Of a stretch of 64,000 nt of DNA, positions 53,066 through 64,000 are shown in pieces. Position numbers and translations under genes: made by a program. Numbering within the stretch: position 1 is the stretch's first letter; every line of letters starts with the position of its first letter. A model generated the notes under the pieces. The model was not told the DNA's origin, did no database searches, and saw nothing but the letters and a program-made list of their open reading frames with translations. This stretch comes from Octopus sinensis (lineage: Eukaryota). The stretch lies in contig NW_021832409.1 in the NCBI RefSeq assembly GCF_006345805.1, forward strand, positions 1 through 64,000, given 5' to 3'.

Positions 53066-53600
53066 ATGGTTTCACATTTTGGCACAAGGCCAGCAATTTC
53101 GGAGGGAGCATGTTAGGCTATTACATCGGCCCCATTACTCAACTTATTTTTACGAGCCTGGAAAGATGAAAAGTAAAGTCAACCTCGAAGGAAATTGAAC
53201 TCAGAACGTAAAGAAAGACGAAATATATCACTAAGCATTTTGTCTGGCATGCTAATAATGATAATAATAAACCTTTTTTACTATAGGCGCAAGGCCTGGA
53301 ATTTTAGGATTGAGGTTAAGTCGATTACATCGACCCCAGTGCGTAACTGGTATTTATCTCATTGAACCCGAAAGAACGAAAGGCAATATCGACATCGGCG
53401 AAATTTGAACTCATAACGTAAGGACGGACGAAATGCCGCTAAGCATTATTCCTGGCGTGCTAACGAAACTGCCAGCTCTCTAATAATAATAATGATGATA
53501 ATAATGGTTTCAAATTTTGGCACCAGGCCTGCACGTTCGGTGGAGGTGTGAATCGATTACATTGACCTCAGTGCATAACTGGTACTTATTTCATGGATCA
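53066..53600 (-). mobile_element. Three tandem SINE family C copies separated by (TAA)n
   Basis: Repeated ggcacaaggcc..cgattacatcgacccc..gaactcagaacgtaaag blocks at ~53066, ~53272 and ~53506. Confidence 0.75.
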
Positions 53601-54959
53601 TCGAATGTATTTTGCCACACGCGCTGATATCTCTGCTGGATCGTAGCATTCAGCAAAGTTTTAAATAAAGATACCTGCCAAAAAGGTGGAGGAACCTTTC
53701 AAAGAGAAATCAAAGAGCAAAAATATATGAAGATGAAAAAGGTGCCAGTAGGTTATTTGTCATTGAAAAACACATTGTTGAGAGTCTAAGGTTTCCTTCG
53801 ATAAAGGATTTTGGATAGCTGAATGATTAAGTCGATGACCCAAGCAGAAGATGGCGGGATTTGAGCACAGAAGGCACAGAACTAGTGTAAGACATGCGGT
53901 CCGAATGCAGTCGACCGTTCTTATATTTTCGCAAATCCACTTCCATCGCTAGAATCTATATTTTCTTCGTCTTCTCCGACTCCAGGAAAGCAATTTGAGC
54001 ATGACAGAACTTGAAATCAAAGCTCGGGGAATCAGAACAATTCCACGAGTTATTCTATTCGACTTTCTAACGACTTTGTCAAGTCGCCGCAAAGATCTGT
54101 AACAATTTCTTTGTTTTGCGAGAAAGATTAATCTAGCTATCTGACGTGTCCATCGCTAGAATCACGGGAAGGTGTCGAAAAGTCATGAAAATTATTGAAG
54201 GATTTTATGCTGAATATGAGTAAAAGAACTGAGGATATACACTTCTTTTTTCTGGCTGAAGAAGTTGATAAGTTCTACTCAAGGAAAACGAAATTTAGGA
54301 TGGAGAGGGTGGTGATAACGGTCCAGTGAATTTTCTGAATAATATAAGAGGAAGGCGTGTCTGGGTGTACTCTCACTGTGAACTTGTTGGCTGCGTACCA
54401 CAACTGGCAAAGGACTTAAGTGACACGTTAGGGGTGCAGATGAAGGTATGAGCTCTGGGAAATTTCCTGAAAGGTTTCTAAGAAAAGTGCGAATAACGCC
54501 GTCCTCATCGTGTACCTGTTGACTGCATAGCACAACTGGCGCAGTGCTTTTGCCATTGTCTATTTGGATAATTTGGTTTACGGAGCCTAGTATAAGGTTA
54601 CCCTATCCGAACGATATATTTCTGTTTCCTTTCCTTCTTGATCTAATACCTGTTTTCTTATACTCTCGCCACAATATATCAGTTCTCGCTTTATTTGGGG
54701 TGGGGGTGGGGTGTTTGTTCTTTTTTTTAAAGAAAATTGATTCTTCTTATGTCACTTTGTCCATCGTTTCCGGCAAATAATAAATCGACTATAGGTATCA
54801 TCATCATCGTATATGTATCTTCATCGTCATCGACATCGTTATATCAAATTCGTCACCAGCACCGGCGCGCCAACATCCCCACCACCCGCTAGCATCGCCT
54901 CCTTATCGCCACTACCACTGCTGTTATCATCCTCACCTTCATCTTCGGCCTTAGCATCA

Positions 54960-55014
54960 CCATCTTTAATCATCACCAACCTCCTCCTCCTCATCCTCAT
55001 CCTGATCCTGATCC

Positions 55015-55064
<50 letters not shown>

Positions 55065-55810
55065 GTCATCATCATCATCATCACCATCATCATCATCGTC
55101 ATCATCATCGTCATCATCATCATCATCGTAGTCGTCATCATCATCATCATCATCATCATCACCACCACCATCATCAACGTAATCATAATCATCACGACCA
55201 ATATCGTCATAGTCATCAAAATCATTTTTCTCCTCCTCTCCTCTTCTCCGTCTCCATCCCTCCACTTTCTCAACCTCCTCCTCATCCTCATCACAATCAT
55301 CACTATCATCACAACGACCAACAGCAATAACACCACCACCACCGCCACTGCCTTCTTTATTGATCATTAGTAGACTCCGCCGTCGCCCCGACGACCAAGG
55401 GCGCTGCCAATACCGATATTGCAATCATCATTATCATCATAGTCATAATCACGAGCAAAAAGGGAATTACCGCCGCCATCACCATCGTCATTATCCTATC
55501 GTTACTGCCAGCACCACCACCACCACCACCATCTGCATCTTTCTCCTCCTTCTCCTCCTCATCATCATCATCAACATCATCGTCATCGCCTTCAACATCG
55601 GCGTTCTGATCATCATCATCATCAATATTATTATCATTAGCAAAATTGTTATTGCACGTACTGGTTTGAGTATTCCGTTATTAAAGCTGCATCTGTGTCA
55701 ATGGTGGTGGTGGTGGTGGTGGAGGTGGTGGTGGTGCTGGTGGTGGTATACACAGTGCTGCTGTCGTAGTTGCTGTTCTTTGTTGTTGTTGTTGTTGTTA
55801 TTGTTGTAAT
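54960..55810. repeat. (CAT)/(CAC)/(CCT)/(GGT) low-complexity array
   Basis: Directly visible. Confidence 0.9.
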
Positions 55811-56284
55811 TCACTTGAAATCTTCTCCAGAAATTAATATCGAGCAATTAACAGATTTTTAATCAGGAGACAAAGAGACAAAGCAGCCACTTGAAATGAG
55901 AAGACGAGCCTTGACACTATTGAAGATGACAATAGAGAAATTGGAGGGGAGAGAGCAGAATATTATGCTAAGACGTTAAGTGGCGCTCTTGCATCTATGC
56001 GCGTGCGTGTGTGTACGACTGTCTATATAGCATTATGTATGTATGTGTGTATGTATGCATGCATGTATGTATGTATATTTATGTATAAGTATACATGTAT
56101 GTATACATTGTATGCGTATGTGTGTATATACATATCTATGTTAATATATATATGTGTGTGGTGTGTGTGTGTGTATATAATGCATGTATACATGTGTATA
56201 TATGTATATACATATATATATATATACATGTGTGTGTGTGTATATATGCATATATGTATGTATATATACATATATTTAAAATTA

Positions 56285-56348
<64 letters not shown>

Positions 56349-56359
56349 TATGGATATAC

Positions 56360-56393
<34 letters not shown>

Positions 56394-57192
56394 ATGTGGG
56401 TGTGTGTGTGTACGCAACACACACACCACTTATAGCGTATGCATGTAATATGATATGTGTGTGTGTGTTTGAAATATCTATATGCTTTATAAATATGCCT
56501 ACGTATACTCATTTCTGTAACGTATTGTGTATAATGTATGTGTATAGTTAGATTGATATATAAATATACACACACGTGTGTATATATATATATATTATAT
56601 ATACACATATATAGACGTATATACATACCATACAGATGCATGCGGACGTACACACATTGGGACCATGTATTACATATAACGCACACGTGTGTGTTTGTGT
56701 GTGCCCGCGCCTTTGTGTGTAAGCGTGCTGTGCGTGCGACTATATGTTGCACCCTTGTGTGGCTAGATTGACGTACGCACGTGGTTGTTATACCGTTGGT
56801 AATGAGGTATGAGCAGGTTGGTTTAATTTCACGTTTACGAAATCACCTCATGGACTTCAGCAAGCGTGTGCGCGGCTTGTAAGTGAATAGAACACACTTG
56901 TTTTTTTTTTTTGCGTTTTCGCTATTTCAGCATCTTTGTATTATCATGGTGTGCATCTGTGTCTGTCATAGTGCATCTCTGTGTACGTGTACGTGTGGGG
57001 GTTTGGGGTTGGGGGGGTTCTCTGTGTCTTTGAGCCACATGATATTATCCAGGATAACCTGAGGCGAACACGATGACAAGAATTCTTCGGTTTGAACAGT
57101 CCAACATTTCTGTGAATTTACCGTATAATTACTCAAGAATTATTTGCACCGACAACAGATTGGCATTTTGATTATTATTATTATTATTATCA

Positions 57193-57285
<93 letters not shown>

Positions 57286-57670
57286 CATTATTATTTTTGT
57301 TGTCATCATTGTCATCGTAACTTTTTGTATTATTAATCTTATCAAAAATATTTTTACTAGTATTGTAATAATTCATCATCATCGTTATATTATCATCATC
57401 ATCTATCATTATTATTAATATTACTATTATTATTATTATTATTATTGTTATTATTATTATTATTATTATTATCATTATTATTATTATCATCATTATCATT
57501 ATTATTTATTTTCTCATATATATTTCAATTAAATCATTATCTCCTTGCCGTAATCTTTTTCTTATTTTTTTATTTTATGATTTTTAAAAAAATTCTCGTC
57601 CTTTGTTTCTTACAGCGAGAAAGTATGTCATTTAATCCAGGATTTTACGAAATTATTCAGTCTATTGTTT

Positions 57671-57733
<63 letters not shown>

Positions 57734-57809
57734 CAGCAGCAGCAGAGTAGTAGTAGTAGTAGCAGCAGCAGCAGCAGAAGTAGCAGTAGTAGTAGTAGTA
57801 GTCGTAGTC

Positions 57810-57856
<47 letters not shown>

Positions 57857-58163
57857 TATTTGAATTTTACTGATAAAGTTGTAGTTTCGTTGCAGCATGT
57901 CTTTTCTAATGATATTATGTCAATTAGAACTAGCCGACCCACTAATTACTGTGGTATTTAATTATGTCGATGTCTGTTTAGTAAATGACTTAGCAACAGC
58001 CTCTTAAAGTACTAAAACTCTCCTTCTGAAATTAAGGTACATGTTTGCGTTCAGGGACGCAAATACCACAAGGTGCCTCAGCACTGATATAGACTTACAC
58101 AAACGTGTGTATGCGGGTGTGTGTGTATGAGTGTGTTTGCATGTGTCAATATACATATATTCA

Positions 58164-58213
<50 letters not shown>

Positions 58214-58977
58214 ATATATATATAAATATATACATATAGATGTATGCATATATGTATGTATAAGCACACACATATATGTTTGTATATATAAAGAAGTACA
58301 CAAGTATATATGCCTGTTAATAAAATGAGTATATATATATATATATATAATATATATACATAAAATATACATACCACATAAAAAGCATATATATATGTAT
58401 GTGGTGTGTGTTTGTGTGTGTTTGTGTGTGTGGGTGTGTGTGTGTTTGTGTGTGTATGTGTGTGTTTGTGTGTGTTGTGTGTGTGTGTATAATGATTTGT
58501 AATTGAGGCAGAAGGCAGTAATTTTGACGGTAGGATTTTCGAAGAAACCCTTACCCCAGTATTTCACGGGTTTTATATTTTCTCGTCCTAGGAGGAAAAA
58601 TACTAAGGTTTCATCGGCAGGATCTGAACTTCGAACCTGTCATTTTTCCCACGCTCTGACGTTTCTACCAAATTGTATTAAATGTGTGCGCGCGCGCGTA
58701 TGTGTGTGTATGCGCGTGTGTGTGTCTATGTATGCTTGTATGCATATAAGTATATTCTTTTGAAACATATGCTAGTTAACCCATGGCTGCGACCCTGTCA
58801 GTTGCCACTACACCAGATCAGAGCAAACCTGAGAATAGTAGTGGCTAGGATGCAACTCCACACTCTTCAAAACCGCCAGGGCGTGCAGTAAAACCACTGA
58901 GTGTGAGGGCTTCCAAGCTATTGGCACAACGTCCTTCTAAGTGCAGGATTACTGGTCACCTCTCTTCGGCCTGTCAC

Positions 58978-59205
58978 TAGGCGATCTGGCAGAAACGTTA
59001 GCACGCCGGGCGAAATGCGTAGCCGTATTTCGTCTGCCGTTACGTTCTGAGTTCAAATTCCGCCGAGATCGACTTTGCCTTTCATCATTTCGGGGTCGAT
59101 TAAATAAGTACCAGTTACGCACTGGGTCGATATAATCGACTTAATCCGTTTGTCTATCCTTGTTTGTCCTCTCTGTGTTTAGACCCTTGTGGGTAGTAAA
59201 GAAAT
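58978..59205 (+). mobile_element. SINE family C
   Basis: ctggcagaaacgttagcacgccgggcgaaatgc..acgttctgagttcaaattccgccgag; tail like 8430-8482. Confidence 0.8.
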
Positions 59206-59539
59206 ATGTCACTAGGTACTAATATCGGAGACCCGGGGAATGCTATTTATATTGTTCAAGCGTTTGTCATTGTAATCTAGTGATGTACAGATGACTTTTT
59301 ATGATGACCATATTTGTACCCCCACCAACTGAAATCCTAATGGCGACAGGAGAATCGTGACGCATGCACATTAACCAGTCGTATGTGCACAGAAAGTTAC
59401 GACTTTCGTCTGTCAACTCTGCTTCAAACCATGTCGATATGCGTTGTGGCTGAGTTGCCATTTGAGAGGTCGTGGGTGTAAAATCTGAAATACCATTAAT
59501 AACGAGAAAGCACAAGGAGATAATAATCAGCTATAAAGA

Positions 59540-60500
59540 TGATGCAATCAACAATTTCTTTTAGCAATGACGTGTGATAATATCGGGATCTTTTAGCAGC
59601 TCTGCAATTAATATTTTCAAAGTGAATTCGTTCATATGCATGTACAAGCATGAAATTTCGGGCTTCTTATTGAATCAGTGAGCGAACATGTACTTTTCTG
59701 CAGTACACATGCTGCATCTCTTTCCTCCAATTGAATACTGCTTTGTAGTTTTCACCATAATCTAACTAACTGTTATATTGATACTTTTGTATCTTTCATT
59801 TTCGAGATGTATTTGGATAGTATGATGTATTTGATTGTGGCTTTAAAGAATTTGTGTACCGCGTTTATATGATTTTAAATGCATTTTCCTTGCGAATAAC
59901 ATAGTTCTACTTGGTTTCTTCTAAACTAGGTACCATTTCCCTTAACCCATTCACATTCATGAAGCAATTCTCGTTAACTGAACAGGCAGTAGTGTTTCTG
60001 CAATTTCATTTCCACAGTTGGGTTCCAGTATTTTTGTTTCTAAGCTGTTTTTTTATTGGCCGTTTGAGATATTATATCATTTAAGCAGCTGAATAACTTA
60101 AACATCATTCTTATTCAAGAGTGCATGTTATTTATGAGTTACGGTTAGCACATTTATTTACCAGGCACAGAAAATTGCCAGCTATATTACATTCTATGAT
60201 CATACAATATGGGTGAAGGGGTTAAACGATAACGATATGATAGTTAATTTTTTCTATTCCTATTTGCGGTGCATTTTCCATATAATCTAGTTATTTTTTT
60301 TATTTGTATCCACTTCTTTTTAAAGCGTTATTATACTAAGGGTTCGATTCGATTAGCTGTGTACATATCGGAGGATAAGTTAGATATTCTCCTGCGCTTA
60401 TTGCGTATTGAGCTTTTTAATGATTACAAGTGGATTGTTAACGTTTCTCTCTATATATTTTATATCCTTATTTTGTTTTCTTTTATACAATAATACTCGC
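59540..60500 (-). mobile_element. Penelope-like element remnant (RT thumb/linker plus GIY-YIG)
   Basis: Hand translation across frameshifts: RRISNLSS..NNALKRSGY, FNP..NIAGNFLCLV, NCRNTTACSVNENC, LSKYISKMKD, KQYSIGGKRCSMCTAEK; eroded HHR-like motif downstream at 59395-59432(-). Confidence 0.72.
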
Positions 60501-61539
60501 CTGTAGTGAAGTCTAATGCAATGTCTCAAAAAAATTGGCGTTTCAAAAATTAGTGCTAACGGTCATCTCTAAGTTAAATACTTAAAATATGCTAATTAGA
60601 TCTTTCTTAAATTTTTCTCTATGCTGTGGTCGTTCATTACGCGACAGACTCGCAGCTAGTTTTCACGATATAATCCTCTGCTAAGGGAGTTTGTTCTTTT
60701 CTTAGGGGTATCTAGATTATAAAGGCCGAGAGTTCGTAAACTTCCGCCTCATTTGATTAGGCAGGGTAAGGGTTGAGGTAAGATTGTTGGAGGCTAATGA
60801 CGAATTGATGGTGGTGGTGGTGGTATTGTTCTTGTTGGTGGTGGTTGTGGTTGTGGTGGGGATGTTGTTGTTGTTGTTGGTAGTTGTGATGGTGGTGGTT
60901 GTCGTCGTAACGGTGGTGGCGTGATAGGGATGAGGGATATAATGGTGGCTGCAGGAGACTTTATGGGTAGCGATGGCGGTGATGATGCTTGAGTATTTGT
61001 AACAGCCGTGGAGATTGTCTTGGTAGCGATGGTGATTGTTACTATGGTGTTAGTGTGGAGGGGATGGTAGTGGAGTGGGGATTATGGTGGCAGTGTGGGG
61101 GGTGGGGGTGCTGGTTGTGATGATATTGTGGCGGTGAAGGTAGTGATAATGACGGTGCTGTTATGTAAATGGAATGACAGAAACGGTGAAAAAGAAGGCA
61201 GACTCAATCATATTTTGTAAGTAAAGGGGAGAGGGTGAGGCGAGTCAGTGGGGTCGAGACGTTGAAAGAGGGTATGAGTAAAGTAGAAAGAGAGAAGAAG
61301 AAGAAGAAGAAGAAGAAGAAGAAGAAGAAGGAGAAAGAAGAAGAAGAAGAAGAAGAAGAAGAAGAGAAGAAGAGAAGAAGAAGAAGAAGAAGAAGAAAGA
61401 AAAGAGATGAGGTATGGAGCGAGAGAGAGAAGAGGAGACAGACAGGCAGAGAGAGATAGATAGAGAGAGAAAAAGAGACAGAGACAAAGTGAAGGAGACA
61501 GTATCTTTTATATTTTATATTTTTACCTGCTTCATTCAT

Positions 61540-61759
61540 TACACTACAGTCATGGTGGGGCACCGCTGGTACTCATTCTATCGCTTCTTTTTTTGTCAAG
61601 ACGCTATGTCACGGGGTCGTAAACACACCAACACCGGTTATCACGCGTTGATGAGTGAAAAACACAGATACAAAGACGCACATACACATACACAAAAACA
61701 AACACAATCATATATACATACATGCATATATACATACATGCATATATACATATATATAC

Positions 61760-61816
<57 letters not shown>

Positions 61817-61826
61817 ACATATATAT

Positions 61827-61859
<33 letters not shown>

Positions 61860-61992
61860 GACTAGTTTCTTTTAATTTCTGTCCACCGCATCCACTCCCA
61901 AGAATTTGACCGACCCGAGGCAATAGCGGTAGAGAGTTGCCGAAGTTACCACGCAGTGGGACTGAACCATATGGTTGGGAAGCAAGCTTCTT
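61540..61992 (-). mobile_element. SINE family A with expanded internal TA tract
   Basis: Head (gcagtgggactgaacc..ggttgggaagcaagcttc) and tail blocks on the minus strand. Confidence 0.65.
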
Positions 61993-62850
61993 TTCTAAGC
62001 AGATAATGTAAGAGAGAGAGGTTAACAGAGATGGAAATAGAGAAAAGCAAAAGGAGAGAAGGAATGGCTATACGAGAAAATAGAAGAAGAAGCAAGAATA
62101 AAGAGAGAAGTGCATAAAATGAAAGAGAGAAAGAGAGGCAGAATAAAAAGAGATAAAATATAAAGAATGAGAGGAGAAAGAAAAAATTATGGGAGAAGAA
62201 AGATTGTAAATGGGAAATCTTAGAAGGAGGAAAAAAGATTAGAAAAGATTGAGAAAGAGAGAGAAGAAAAGGAGAAAGGGCGTGGGTGAGAGAGAAAAAT
62301 AAGAGTTGAAGGGAGCAAGACAGTCTGTGTTAAGGAGAGGGAGAGAATGAAGAAAGAGAGAGAGGAAGAAAGGAGAAAGAGTAAATGTGTGTAAGAGAGG
62401 GGAAGAAAACAATGAAGAAAAACCAGACAGGGTGAGGCGTAGTGAGAGGAGAAGGAAAGAGCGAAGAGGAAAACTAAAATAGCATTAGATATCATCTGGT
62501 GGATTTTTGGTCAGACTCGAACCCCATATCCCTCTTGATCCTATGTAGCATTTGAAGGGTCATCAGGGCAGAATTTCTTGTCCATACAGATATGGTATAT
62601 GTAGGGTTTTGTGTTTCTTTTTACTGGACAGCCGACCGCGTGTGCCTGTTTCCAGAATGATAAACTCCTCTTTCCAATGGTCGTTGGATGATTTCAATGA
62701 GCAACACGTAGGGGAAGCGATACAGTCTGAGATAATGGAGGAAGGGATGTTGAGAGAGAGAGAGTGGGGGAGAGTGAGTGTGGAGAGAGAGAGAGGGGGA
62801 ATGGTGAGAGGGTTGGGAGATAAAAGGCAGGAAAAGGAGATATCAATAAG

Positions 62851-62887
<37 letters not shown>

Positions 62888-62888
<1 letters not shown>

Positions 62889-63535
62889 TGTTTATTTATT
62901 AGCCACACAGGGCTGCACACAGACAGGACAAAATTACAAGGTAGAGCTTTTCTTTTGGGTGTAAAAGAAAGGGGTTTGGTTTTCGATCAAAAGGGATCGT
63001 AAATGGAAAGAAGGAGGACAAACTAAGGGGGGGATATAATTAAAAAAAAAGGTGGGGGGAAGGACAAAAAATGAGATCAATAGGGATCGTTATCACAGAA
63101 ATGTCAATATGAAGTGTAAAGGGGAGGACAGGTGAGGTTTATCCGTGGAAAGAAAGCCTACGGAAAAGACCATGGTAACCTCGGTCAATGAAGTCACATG
63201 TTATATTTTTTTTTTTTTTTGCAAATAAGCAACTCTCTGTATTGATTTTTACGGTTCATAGAATCATAGTCAAGGTGGCTTCGTCATTCATACGTGCCAA
63301 TCTTACTACATTCACCCATCTTTTTTAAAACATTCACTAGACAAAACTTGCCTCTCTACTCTCACTTTCCTCTTCAAGTGATACTTGAAGAAGTTGATGA
63401 GAGATTGACCAGAGAGAGAGGAAAGTGTTGTCTCTAATCCTTTCAGGCGCGCGTCACCAGATACATTCTTTCGCCATAGCCACAAGTATGATAAAAATAG
63501 CTCTTCCTTCCCGTTTGAAGGAAGGAGGCGTGACG
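62888..63535 (-). mobile_element. L1/Tx1-like LINE 3' end, copy 1 (5'-truncated)
   Basis: Frameshifted C-terminus AVAKECIW*RA / [38 protein letters not shown] / [21 protein letters not shown] (stop ~63256); 3' UTR with AATAAA, then (TATC)n. Confidence 0.65.
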
Positions 63536-63561
63536 ATATGGATGGATGGATGGATGGATGG

Positions 63562-64000
<439 letters not shown>

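Noticed and set aside
60780-61200. G/T-rich strand-biased tract as telomeric or G-quadruplex element
   Set aside because: Degenerate (GGT)n microsatellite; no TTAGGG array.

Overview
AT-rich animal DNA that is intronic or intergenic. It is most likely from a cephalopod (Octopus-like), judged from the very high (TA)n/(CA)n/(GATA)n/trinucleotide microsatellite load and the tRNA-headed SINE families; the species is an inference. I found no host protein-coding exon, rRNA, true tRNA or CRISPR. Almost all listed ORFs are read-through of microsatellites or pieces of dead transposons. Identifiable elements are: a 2.5-kb CR1-group LINE, an RTE 3' end, several R4/Dong-type (RLE) 3' ends, tandem L1/Tx1-like 3' ends, several Tc1/mariner elements and MITEs, Helitron/Helentron-like elements, many SINEs and Penelope-like (GIY-YIG) remnants. 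The most striking observation is a set of about 12 hammerhead-ribozyme (HHR) motifs. Two of them are intact and identical type I hammerheads, each inside an identical ~250-bp direct repeat, 1290 bp apart (23240-24790). This is a retrozyme-like layout that could release a 1290-nt circularisable RNA. Retroelement classes also appear to partition among different microsatellite types. All calls were made by eye, and repeat boundaries are approximate.
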